From Octopus vulgaris (lineage: Eukaryota), in contig OX597832.1 in assembly GCA_951406725.2 (NCBI GenBank), forward strand, positions 14,508,001 to 14,572,000: a DNA stretch of 64,000 nt, given 5' to 3'. Below the pieces are notes generated by a model. That model made no database searches. It was not told where the DNA came from and saw only the letters and a list, made by a program, of their open reading frames with translations. A program made the position numbers and the translations under genes. Positions 51,751 through 64,000 of this stretch are shown here, one piece after another (position 1 is the stretch's first letter; every line of letters starts with the position of its first letter).

Positions 51751-54520
51751 ACTATGTATGGGTGTGTGCGTGTGTGTATGTTTGTGTGTGTGCGTGGTTG
51801 TGTGTGTCTGTGTAAAATCATAGTAAAATATCCATTTTGATATATTGGTACTTCTCAATTATTCAAAATTTCCAATTCACTAATCAATGATATTATTTTT
51901 CTTTGTTTCCCAGGCTGAAAGACAAAGGAAGCAATTACAGCCGATAGTGGTTTTGAGATATAACATCGATGTAAATGGACCGGCTTTTGGGGCTTTCGAT
52001 TAGAAGATAGAATGGTACGAAAGATTAGTTAAGTGCTTTCACTTGTTAAGTTGAAATTTACAATAGAATTGAATTCACTTTTCAGTAGGAGAATCTCCAG
52101 TGAATGTATTTACTTTTTCTTAGACACAGCTACACAAAATCCCTCACATACACAATGGATACATCTATGAGTGAATTATTTCCTTTATTACCCTCAAATT
52201 AATATATTATAATAATGATACAGACTGATTTCTATTGTTCTGACAAGTTAATATACAATTATATAATAGTATTTCAAATTCGATGAAGTTGTTACCACAT
52301 ATTATATCTCTATCCCACCCAACCAAATGAATCAACATTCTCACCATACAAAGTCTCTTGAAAAACAAATCATGTTTTCACCCATAACGTAGGATCTAAA
52401 CCAGGTCGCTTCATGACTATATAATATATCGTGCAATCAAAGGTTCATACAAAATTTTATTTATAAAAACTTCGAGAATGAAATATTTTTCTCCACACCT
52501 TATTATGTATTTATTAGATTTTACATTAAATATTCATTTAATGTCAATGCAATTCTGCCAATGAAATGTCTGGTGGTTCACAGATTTGAAAATAATTACT
52601 CTCTAGTGAACAGTGAAAGGAAATGTTTGAAGTATATATGAAATACCATTAAAAACAAATGACGTGTATTTCCAAATAAAAGAGATGAATAAACAGCAAA
52701 ATAAATATATTTAAAATTCATTTTTCAAAGCATGAAAACAGTATTGAATACTTATGTATTTGTATATACAGCAATATATAGACACAGACATGCATAGATA
52801 CGTTCATGGAGAAAGACGGCAGAGAGAGAGAGAGCGGAAGAGCAAAAGAGCGAGAGAGGGAGGGAGAGAGAGGAAAGGGAGAGAGCAAGAGAGCGACAGA
52901 CAGCGTGAGAGATCTATACCTGTGGATGAATAACAAAAATTATTACAACACGTCAGCCAAAGGTACTTCATTTCTTTTATAGATTCCATCCATATTGTAA
53001 GGATTCGAAGAACGTCATTCCTACGGAATACTGTGATTGAAATTGTGGTACAATGTTGAAAACAATTTACAAACATACATCTTCATGTCACCAGTCGAGA
53101 GAAGAGAACAGTGGTAGGTATTCATAACAGGAATTCAAGACAGGAAGGAGAAATGTTGGAAGCAGAGATGCAGAAAGAAATAATACAGGAAGCAGAGATG
53201 CAAGAACGCATATATGCGCAGAGCAGTGCTTCAGGAATTTCTTTAGAGTACCGTGCGTCGCCTAATAAATAAGAACGAACCTCTTCAGGAGTTAAACCAG
53301 CAAGTAGACGAAAAATACGCTTTCATGCGTAGAATACTGTATATCAATGAGAGTATATTAAAGATTATTTTTATCACTATATTATGAGGGCTCTTAAGAA
53401 GATTAGTTACTTATTGCCTAATTATTTACGCCTCGACTTATTCCTTTATATGCTCATTAGTTATGGGTTTTGATTGTTTACGTTGGTCTATCATTGCTAT
53501 ATTTCTTAGTATCTGTTGCATCTACTACGCGACTTCGTTGAGACAGACGTTCCCGCAAAGCAAATTAAATAAAATTTGACATATTTTGCGGAGAGTTAAA
53601 GTGGTAACAAGAACAGGACAGTAAAAACACACGGAGGGGACTGTTCAGCCAAGACGATATATATACATGTTTGTGTGTGTGTGTGCGTTTGTGTATAAAT
53701 TTCCCAAAAATTATAGGAACAGAAACGAAAGTGTGCAATTAATTACTGCTTAAATATCTAATTAAAGATTATGACATATCAGCAAATAGCAAAATCTGTG
53801 CTATTTATGGGCAATTATATGATACTCATTTTGACAATTAATAAACATCAATCACGATATACAATTCTCCATAATTGAGCGCCTTCAAATTCTCGGTGAT
53901 TTTATTGTAACTCTGATTAAACTTAAAGTGACAAGTAAGTATCTGTTTAATAATGTATGTCTCGCTCTCTCCCTCCCCCCTCTCTCTTTCAGTCTATGTA
54001 TGTATATATAATATAACGAGGGAAACCGAAAATGGAGCTCACGTTAAACTATTCATCATACGATCGATTCAACCCATTATGTGACTGTCTCTTGCCCGTG
54101 GGATATTGTATAACCAATATAGTATAACTGAATTGCCTCTCGTCAGTTGTCTCCCTTTAAAGATCTTACCTAACTAAATACCCCCTGTTGCTAGTAGGTT
54201 GTTGGATATACTTACAGAGTATGGATAAGATTTCCGGGTTATAACTGGTTAATGTGTCTGGCTATATTGCATATGGAATACATGACATAATGTTAAGTAA
54301 CAACAGATAAAACAAGACAATGGATACGAAATGAAAGATAAAATGGAAAAAAAGATTAGTATACACATGAGAAAGACACTTTTACAAATGAGCATAGACA
54401 GAAACTCGAGTGCTCTCACGGACATACATACACAAGATCATGCTGTTAAGATGTCATAAAGAACTAAGATGGTATTATTAAATGCAAACAAAGGGGATAT
54501 ATATATATATATATATATAT

Positions 54521-54911
54521 ATGGAACATGGAAGCACTCCGTCGGTTACGACGACGAGGGTTCCGGTTGATCCGATCAACGGAACAGCCTGCTCGTGAAA
54601 TTAACGTGTAAGTGGCTGAGCACTCCACAGACACGTGTACCCTTAACGTAGTTCTCGGGGATATTCAGCGTGACACAGAGAGTGACAAGGCCGGCCCTTT
54701 GAAATACAGGTACAACAGAAACAGGAAGTAAGAGTGAGAGAAAGTTGTGGTGAAAGAGTACAGCAGGTATCACCACCACCCCTGCCGGAGCCTCGTGGAG
54801 CTTTAGGTATTTTCGCTCAATAAACACTCACAACACCCGGTCTGGGAATCGAAACCGCGATCCTACGACCGCGAGTTCGCTGCCCTAACCACTGGGCCAT
54901 TGCGCCTCCAC
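54521..54911 (-). mobile_element. Full-length tRNA-derived SINE type A
   Basis: Near-identical reverse complement of 62855-63241, with A-box TGGCCCAGTGG and B-box-like GGTTTCGATTCCC. Confidence 0.92.
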
Positions 54912-54918
54912 TTATATA

Positions 54919-55022
<104 letters not shown>

Positions 55023-55359
55023 GAAAAAAAGAAAACAAAATTCCGAGAACATATTACAAAAACAAACATACACACAGAGCTGGCCAAAATATGAATAAGG
55101 AGTTTCCCATTCAATTTAAAATACGTCTTTTCACTGCTATTACTGGACCTTGATTTTTGAAGATCACCTGAAAACCACATACTGACAACATATATATATG
55201 AAAATGACTTAAAAGCAACTTTTCTCAATTCCCAAAGTAGTATTTGATAAAATGGATACATCGAAATCGGTAATGTTTTAAATCGTCGTCCTCAAAATGT
55301 CAAACCTCCCCTATAATATGCTTCTGTGCCATTTCCAACTTTATATTTTAAATAAATAA

Positions 55360-55431
<72 letters not shown>

Positions 55432-55432
55432 A

Positions 55433-55476
<44 letters not shown>

Positions 55477-56346
55477 GATATATAGATACAGAGATGGCTA
55501 AACAGATCCGTAAACAATGTGGTGCGAACATTTCTGCATATGTGTACTAAGAATCCAGGGATATTTGGTTGCAATTATTGTGTTGGAGATATCCACATCT
55601 ATATCAATAAGCTTTAGTTTTTCCCTTGAATCTTCAACTATCCTTTCTCTATTCATCAGCTTGATATTTGAATGTATAAGAAAGTGCAGTTATTTTGTGA
55701 AGGAAAAAAAATCAAATAAAGAAAAATATTATATAGGGAACCTTGTGCAGAAACTCTACTGTTGGAATTTTTTTCTCGTCAATTCCTCTTCATTCAAATA
55801 TCGCCCTATCAAAGCAGATAAAGAGTACACCTTTTATGATTACGAATGTCATATAAGACTTGCAATGGACATTACATACTTCATATTGCTTAATCATAGT
55901 TCTGGAATGAATATGATGTGAGAATGACATCGAATGCGATGACTTTCATATGCAAATAATTTTATATATGTCACTTATATCGAAAATACATCACATCTTG
56001 CTCGAACACAACTTTATAGGCTTAATGCTTTTTAGAATAAAACACTCCTTCCATCTATACAAATTTATTGCTTTTAGGTTTCAAAAAAATCCCCTGCAGT
56101 TTTTCCAACATAGTTTTATAATAAAAATTCCTAATATCATCAGGAAGGTTCCCTCTTCTAAATGCAATGTGAATAAGATGTTAATATTTTCCGTAATAAA
56201 GGTGCGGTTATGAAAATACAGTTCTCATTCGAGTTTCTATACTTTGGAGTCTTATTATTCTTGGAAATTAATATTTCCATTCTCTCATTCTGTCTCTCTC
56301 TCCATTTTGTAGGTATGTATTTGTGTGTATGTGTGTGCGTGTATAA

Positions 56347-56419
<73 letters not shown>

Positions 56420-56489
56420 CCGACACAACACATGAACACACACACCCATACGTGCCCACACAGAGTTGATGATGATGATGATGATGATA

Positions 56490-56895
56490 ATAATCCTTTC
56501 TCTTATAGGCATAAGGCCTAAAATTTGTTTTGGTCGGTGGGTAAAGTCGATAACATCGACTCTAGTATTCAAATATTACCTATTTAATGGACCCCGATAG
56601 GACAAAAGGTCTTGTCGACCTCGACGTCATTTGAATGCTAGAAGGTTGCGAAATGCCCCTAAGCATTTCGTCCATTGCTCTAATGGCTCTGCCATCTCAC
56701 CGTCTTAGTAATCCTTTCTACTAAAGGCACAAAGCCTATAATTTGGGGGAGAGGTATAGTCGATTACATTGACTCCAGTGTTTTACTGGTACTTGAGTTA
56801 TGGACGCCGAAAGGATGAAAAGCTGATCGACCTCGGTATAATTTGAACTCAGAATGTAGCGACGGGCGAAATACTGCTAAGCATTTCGTTCAGCT
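56490..56895 (-). mobile_element. Two tandem older-tail SINEs
   Basis: Two TAATCCTTTCT..AGGCA.AA.GCCT..AATTTG tails (~56490 and ~56710), each with GTCGACCTCG/ATTTGAA and CTAAGCATTTCG segments. Confidence 0.7.
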
Positions 56896-57394
56896 GGAGG
56901 CGTTCATGATAATAATAATGATGACGGCAGCAACAACAACAACAAAAACAATAACAACAACAACAACAACAACAATAATAATAATATAGATAATGATACT
57001 AATAATAATGATAATAATAATAATGATGACAGTACTGTATGAGCTGTAATTTTAATTTATATATTAGAAAAGGGGAAATAACTCAGCTGATAAGTGAGTT
57101 TTCAGGTGGAATTAGTACCAAACAGCAAAGTAATAGGCATTTTAGAATATCCCCTAGTAATATTATTGATAACAACACTATGAATAAACTTAACACGATT
57201 TAGGTTGACGGTATGCACCTTAACGCCAGTACCTTCGTAGGTAATTGTAAACGGCTTTAAAGTAGAAAGAGCCTTAAGTATCCTGAAAGAAATCAATATT
57301 GAACAAAGATTTTGATGATGTCTCATAGCGATTGACGTATAACATTAAATTCCATAGCAATTAGAAGCAGCGTTATTAACTGAAATATTATAGA

Positions 57395-57788
57395 CTAGCA
57401 GTATCGCCCGGCGTTGCTCGGGTTTGTAAGGGAAATAACTATATAAGCATTTTTAGAGAGTTATAACCCAAAAATAGCAAAAGAAAGCATTGAAAATGGA
57501 AAAAAATGATGGTAAATTTTTTAAAAATCGTTGACTCATCGTAGACATTTTAGAGAGTTACTTCCCTTATATAATAGCGAATAAATGCATTAAAATGGAA
57601 AAAAATGATGGTAAATGTTTTTTAAAATCGTAGACTCATCGTAACGCGCGCTAATACCCAGAAGGGCTCGATATCAATCACGACTATAAGATACCCGGTT
57701 TTGGTTAAACTGCACCGCAAAATGTGGGAGTAGTTAGGAATCTAAATCGTAGGAGACAGACACACAACCTCTCTTTTATATATAAAGA
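57395..57788 (-). mobile_element. Non-autonomous Helitron
   Basis: Minus strand reads A|TCTTTATATATAAAA ... CCCGAGCAACGCCGGG hairpin ... CTAG|T: canonical 5'-TC, 3'-CTAG and A|T target, no TSD. Internal ~98-bp tandem repeat. Confidence 0.88.
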
Positions 57789-58085
57789 TTGCGTATTCTC
57801 AATGTATGTGGTTTGTCTCTTCGCCGAATTAACTGTTATTGTTCTATTTACATATAATCACTGACGTCCAGTTCAATTCGTCCAGGGTTCATTTCAGGTA
57901 CCTGATGTTGGTAAGCTACGAAAATGTCGAAATAACGGTACTCATCGTTCCTGAATTCGATCCTGGTAGAGTTGTCTCGCCTGCCTATGTCATTCAGGTT
58001 TAAGAGAGAGATCCTCAAACAGTATACCGGAACGAATCTGGTGAACGAAGCACATATACTGCGTGAGATCGTGAGATAGTGAAAT

Positions 58086-58217
<132 letters not shown>

Positions 58218-59199
58218 ACGTATGTATGTATGTATATACATACATAGGCACTAACATATATGTGTGTGTGTGTCTCTCTGTCTGTCTGTGTCAGTGTGCG
58301 TGCGCGCATTTACTGATGCACAAACAATTATTCGTTATATCACCTTGAAGAATGCTCGCGTAGCACTACCTGCCCATAATACGTTACAGCACAATGCTAA
58401 CATAATAACGGTATTCCTTTGTATGAAGAGAAATTGGTATATATGGAATCTACAATGAATATGCTGGCAATAATTGATGTATTAGAAAGTTTGAGTAATG
58501 ATGTCGACAGAGATTGAGAAACATTCGAAAGAAACGTCCACGGGACGTTTGCCTCTTAGGAAGAGGAAACATTGTAAAATATGTATTTTTGAGCATTTGA
58601 AAGATTATTGAAATAATACGGATGTATAAGTTTACAGGAAGTTTTTTCACGTATCTAATTTCACTATATTATAGCTTATCATACCCGGTCATACCCAGAG
58701 AGAGGATCCTTCGACTATAGAATAAATTTGGCTAAAGTTCTAGATCTCCGTGTGAGATCTCTGAACAATTCGAGAATAACGTATCGCAATGTTGCAACAA
58801 TAAAACTTTTTATTAAGAGAAATATATTTTAAAAAACCAAACAAACAAACACAAAAAAAACATGCACTATCTCGGCCAGTGAGACGCAGTATTATAGTAC
58901 ATAATGAATAATTATAATATATAAACTTCAATGAATTGTAAAAACAATTTAAAAGAACAAAGGAGAAAAAAAAAGAAATTAAACAGGGCAATACATCGAA
59001 TAAACTTGCCCGTTGCTATAGCAAGCTGCAAGGTGTTAATCCTTGCCACTACACTGTATCATCTCGGGTTGAAGAAATTGTTTACTAATCTATGTTCTGG
59101 TAATAAACAATTAGATTATAAATCAAAACTGAAGTGGAGCCTTTCTCTCGATACTTATATATCGGTACAACTTATGTCTCTTAATATCTCCTTATCTCA

Positions 59200-59597
59200 A
59201 AGGCGGTGATCTGGTAGAAACGTTTACACGCAGGGCAAAATGCTTAGCAGTATTCCGTCTGCCGTTACGTTCTGAGTTCAAATTCCGGCGAGGTCGACTT
59301 TGCCTTTCATAATTTCGGGGTCGATTAAATAAGTACCAGTTCCGCACTGGATTCGATGTAATCGACTTAATCTGTTTGTCTGTCCTTGTTTGTCCCCTCT
59401 GTGTTTAGCCCCTTGTGGGTAGTAAAGAAATAGGTATTTAGTCTGTCTTTACGATCTGAGTTCAAATTCCGCCGCAATCCAGTTTGCCTTTCTTCATTTC
59501 TGGATTGATAAATTAAGTACCATTTACGTACTGGGCCCTATCTTATCAAGTGGCCCCCTCCGCCAAAATGTCGGGCCTTGTGTCTAAAGTAGACGAG
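59200..59597 (+). mobile_element. SINE dimer (young-tail unit followed by headless older-tail unit)
   Basis: Junction AAGAAATA|GGTATTT at 59432|59433; the second unit ends with the older ..AAAATGTCGGGCCTTGTGTCTAAAGTAGA tail. Confidence 0.88.
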
Positions 59598-59773
59598 TGT
59601 ATCTTCTTATCTCTCTTATTCGTCTTCACATATTCTATGACCAATTGCATTTCATTTGTGACATTTCGACTATCTGCTAATATGCACATACAAACACAAA
59701 CAAACTCACACACAAGCACACGCACACATGTATAAATAAGTATTATGTACATATACACACACACATACATATT

Positions 59774-60156
59774 CATGAGGCTGCGTGGTAAGAAGCTTGT
59801 TTCATAACAACATGGTTCCAAGTTCAGTCCCTCTGCGTTGCCCATTCGGCAAGTGTCTTATACTATACACTCGGGCCGACTAAATCCTGTTGAGTGGATT
59901 TAGTAGACAGAAACTCAAAGAAAAAAATTTTAAAAAGGGGTTTGTTTGAGTGCGTTTGTCAGTCTCTTTTTGTCCCACCATTGCTTGATAAAAGATGGTG
60001 GTGTGTTTATCTCATTGTAATTTAGTGTTTCGGTAACAGAGACCGACAGAACAAGTACTATGCGCATAAATAATAAGTCATGGGGTCGACTCGTTCGCTT
60101 AAAAGTGATGCTTCAGCATGGCCGGTGTCAAATAACTGATACAAGAAAAGGAATAC
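59774..60156 (+). mobile_element. CORE-like SINE
   Basis: TGCGTGGTAAGAAGCTTG...GTTCAGTCCC...GGCAAGTGTCTT...GGGGTCGAC...CAGCATGGCC...ACTGATACAAG. Confidence 0.8.
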
Positions 60157-60189
60157 AATAATATATATGTATACACACACAAACACGCA

Positions 60190-60274
<85 letters not shown>

Positions 60275-60295
60275 TACATGTCTGTGTGTGTGTGT

Positions 60296-60326
<31 letters not shown>

Positions 60327-60356
60327 CATGTGTTTGTGTATATATACATATTTATA

Positions 60357-60391
<35 letters not shown>

Positions 60392-60409
60392 GTCTCTATC
60401 TCTCTCTCC

Positions 60410-60465
<56 letters not shown>

Positions 60466-60477
60466 GTATTTATATGG

Positions 60478-61053
60478 TTTCTGATTATAAATATCTTGGG
60501 TCATACATATCATCATCTGGAAAAGACTTTCTAACTAGAAAGGGTAAGGCCTGGTCAGCCTGTTATGACATGCATAAGATCTGGTCATCAAATCTAAGTA
60601 GAGACTTCAAACTTGAAATCTTCAAAGCCACAGTCGAACCAATTCTACTATATTGCCCAGAAACCTGGACGTTATGAAAAAAGCTTGAGAGGCGGCTGGA
60701 TGGAACCTACACTCGCCTCCTTATGAGAGCTCAAAATCTCTCGTGGAAGCGCCATCCAACCTAAATGCGAATATATGGGAAACTACCACCTGTGTCATTG
60801 CTTGTGAAAGGTAGGAGAGTCCAGTTTGCTGGACATTGTTGTAGAGCTGAAAAAGAAGTAATTTCTACTCTTCTCCTCTGGAAGCCATCTACTCGCAATA
60901 CCAGATGGCGCACACTCTCCTACCCTGAAGTAATCTCCAGGGATACAGGCATCCAGCAACAGGACCTCCATAATGCCATGATGGATCGTGAAGTCTGGCG
61001 TAGACATGGTAAATTCCATTGTCTCGACCACGGTCGAACAATGATGATGATGA
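60478..61053 (+). mobile_element. RTE-like LINE 3' fragment with (ATG)n tail in (TA)n
   Basis: [36 protein letters not shown] and AMMDREVWR; two in-frame stops; ends CAATGATGATGATGAT. Confidence 0.9.
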
Positions 61054-61099
61054 TATATATAAATAAATAAAACATTGCATATATACATACATATATGTA

Positions 61100-61307
61100 C
61101 TACCTACCTCTACATGTATATATACATGCATATATGGGTACAGGACACCAAAAAAAACGTCGAACACAATGAGAAACGAAAACATAAACACAAAACTGAG
61201 GAAATGGACATATTTTTTTAAACAACGAAAAATTAGAGTACAGGATATACAAACAAGGACAATTCCCCTTCTTCAGTCGCCTTAATTTCATCAACTCCAC
61301 GTTTCGA
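61100..61307 (-). mobile_element. Dispersed repeat (putative Penelope-like terminal fragment)
   Basis: Homologous to 8250-8425 (GGAGT.GATGAAA...TGAAGAAGGGGAAT...TTCGTTTCTCATTGTGTTC.ACGTTTTTTT..TGTCCTGTACCCATAT). Confidence 0.6.
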
Positions 61308-62854
61308 AGAGAGAAATCGTAGGTGGAGGAAATTCTGCGTCATTCGGTTTTTGGAATCTAAGTTAAATTTGTGTTTGGCCTAGACATATTAGTTACGTTA
61401 ACGGCATATTCAGATTTATCTGTTTCGCATATGCAATACAAGCGCTGCTTTATCCAGAAAACTTTTTTTCCGACGAGCTATTACAGAGATTTAGATATTT
61501 GATTTGAATTGATTTTTTTAACTTCAGTGAAATTTGGATTTCCTGTAACTTCATATTGACTATGTCAGTTATGGAAGAGCGAATTTATGTAGACTTGTAT
61601 TTCCAGTATATTAGTGATAGGAAACTAAATGCGACCGTTCGTGTTCCTGTAACATACCTCTGTTTACAACATACAAGTCTTACAAAAATTCTTTGAAAAG
61701 TTAATTTAAATCATGTCTTCAAATATTAAAACTCAACAAAAATTCTTTCTCCGAAATTTCCATAGTAGTACTTTTACTTTCTTAAAAGCAACTTTGTCGA
61801 ACTTTGTTTTGAATTTACATCACTATATGGAGTCACACGCAAAACTTATTGTTCGTATACTATTGTTTTGTTATGCTTTTCCTCTTTTAATTAACTACAA
61901 GTAAGATCGTGTCGAATTCTAAAATACATTTTAATGGAAAGTTCAAAAAACGACTCATTTGTAAAGAATGAAAATCCAATCTCATCTTCAATAGGTAATT
62001 GAATGTCTTCATATATGAATATAAAAATTCCATTTTTATTTCTTTATTTATCTTAATGAAAATTTGCTTTGAAGAAATGAGTTCGAGGAATTGTACTGAA
62101 TGTAATTTGGGTTTTACTTTACACAGAATCATTCCCACGATTCTTTGAAGAATATATTATAAAGCGAGAATGTTTCCCAGTGATACTTTCTAAAAGAGCT
62201 GCTATTATGCTTTATTTACACTTGTTCCGTGACCAATTATGATAAAACACCTCCAATATTTTAAGTTGTGTATTAAAAAAATAACACACTCTATTCAGTT
62301 ATGCAATTAAAATATCTACTTCAAACATTCAAATTCTATAACAATACATTCTGCATAATTAGCGAAAATAATACAGATATTTGATAGGATTCTCCGTGTA
62401 TGTTTCGCCCTTCAATAAAATATTGCTTAGATGATTATCTATTGTTCTTTTATTACCTCTTCTAATTTGGAATAAAGGGTTGCATATTTTGTTGAGATTG
62501 TCGGTATATTTGATATGCACTATTTTAGCTACTTTCAGTATTATCGGAAACCGTTCTCTACCAGTATAATATTATTCCATGTTTTAGTGGCATACCTCTG
62601 TATAAAATACTGTCATAAGAAGGAGAAGCAAAAGAAAAGGTAATGATGGCTAATGCAAAATTCAATTCTTAGCTAACTGATATTCAATAATGAAATGCGA
62701 AACCATATAAGTATAAATTGTCACCGTATTTCTTATTCTTTATGGTTACTCCCCAGTAGCACTTTAATATATGCAGAATATTGAATACAGTCATATTTCA
62801 AAAGCTTCCGAAGGTTGAAGATTTACGGTTCTGGTATTCGTTATGTCTAAATCG

Positions 62855-63241
62855 TGTGGAGGCGCAATGGCCCAGTGGTTAGGGCAGCGGACTCGCGGTC
62901 ATAGGATCGCGGTTTCGATTCCCAGGCCGGGCGTTGTGAGTCTTTATTGAGCGAAAACACCTAAAAGCTCCACGAGGCTCCGGCAGGGGAAGGTGGTGAT
63001 CCCTGCTGTACTCTTTCATCACAACTTTCTCTCACTCTTAATTCCTGCTTTCTGTTGTACCTGTATTTCAAAGGACCGGCCTTGTCACTCTCTGTGTCAC
63101 GCTGAATATCCCCGAGAACTACGTTAAGGGTACACGTGTCTGTGGAGTGCTCAGCCACTTACACGTTAATTTCACGAGCAGGCTGTTCCGTTGATTCGGA
63201 TCAACCGGAACCCTCGTCGTCGTAACCGACGGAGTGCTTCC
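62855..63241 (+). mobile_element. Full-length tRNA-derived SINE type A with 12-bp TSD
   Basis: TSD ATGTCTAAATCG at 62843-62854 and 63242-63253; tRNA-like head GGAGGCGCAATGGCCCAGTGGTTAGGGCAGCGGACTCGCGGTC...GGTTTCGATTCCC. Confidence 0.93.
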
Positions 63242-64000
63242 ATGTCTAAATCGCGAATCATGCTTGAAACATAATACGTTCGCCGTTTGCTCAACCGTAT
63301 ATGCTTAACTCTACTTCGGCATAACACAGCGTGATTTACTAATCTGAAAAAGGAATGCTGCCATCTAAGTGGGAGTAGAGCAAACGGAGAATCTATATAA
63401 TTTTTTAAGATGCTAAAGTGACGATAATATTAATACGATGCTACATCAAATTTAAGAGACAGAAAACAATACAATATTTAAAAAACTTTTAAATTTTGAT
63501 CATAAAATCAAATAAAACTGAAAATCCAAATTATACTGCTACAAGAATGACATTTACCATTTATTAATCCCCAAATATATGCTTCTTCCAAAAGCAATAA
63601 AATGTGACGTTTGGGGAATAGATTGCTGGTCCGAATCCACACGCTTGGATGATATGCACAGTTGAAATAATCATAGAACAATTTGGAGTCTTTTGTAAGT
63701 ATTCAGATTTTGATTCACATGTTTGATTTAGTCAGACGAGCAATGAAAATTTACAAGATATTAGAGACATTATAAGTTTGGAAGTCATATTCTTTGTCAC
63801 TCCAGAACAAGTTCTAATAAAAAATCACATGAATGTACTTCAATATATGTATCCAAGGTGAACGGGGAAATATGGAATAGAGCAACTTGTAAACCTACGA
63901 CACGACAGCAACGAGATTCACTGAGAGTTTCTCTGCCTCATGATACACTGCATCATTCTAAATATGAATATGTAAATCTGTAGCAGAAGAGAATTGCTAT

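Noticed and set aside
57233-57282. Possible 50-nt minus-strand exon with AG/GT ends
   Set aside because: The peptide is unrecognisable and no partner exons are evident; chance is likely.
57848-58085. Non-repetitive end of the 153-aa minus-strand ORF
   Set aside because: The start lies in microsatellite and no domain is recognisable; probably an unclassified repeat.
62858-62932. tRNA-like sequence (also 54836-54908)
   Set aside because: It is the head of a TSD-flanked SINE, with an imperfect cloverleaf and no terminator.

Overview
AT-rich, microsatellite-dense eukaryotic DNA with no confidently identifiable host protein-coding gene. The SINE repertoire suggests an octopus or related coleoid cephalopod, in intergenic or long-intron sequence (inference). 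Most ORFs in the track are translations of microsatellites or of degraded transposons. The recognisable content is decayed mobile elements: an internally deleted Gypsy element with its 3' LTR, a Tc1 relic, several mariner relics, a Merlin transposase relic, CR1/L2-like, RTE-like and R4/Dong-like LINE fragments, a non-autonomous Helitron, MITEs, Penelope-like terminal fragments and at least four SINE types. Three signals stand out. (i) A type I hammerhead ribozyme with an intact core at 7683-7760 (-), plus dispersed hammerhead-fold motifs with a variant core. (ii) A young SINE whose 3' end repeatedly joins the same GGT(A)TT site inside older SINEs, building headless tandem arrays. (iii) Several long inverted repeats that could form dsRNA. 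All coordinates and alignments were read by eye and may be off by a few bases.
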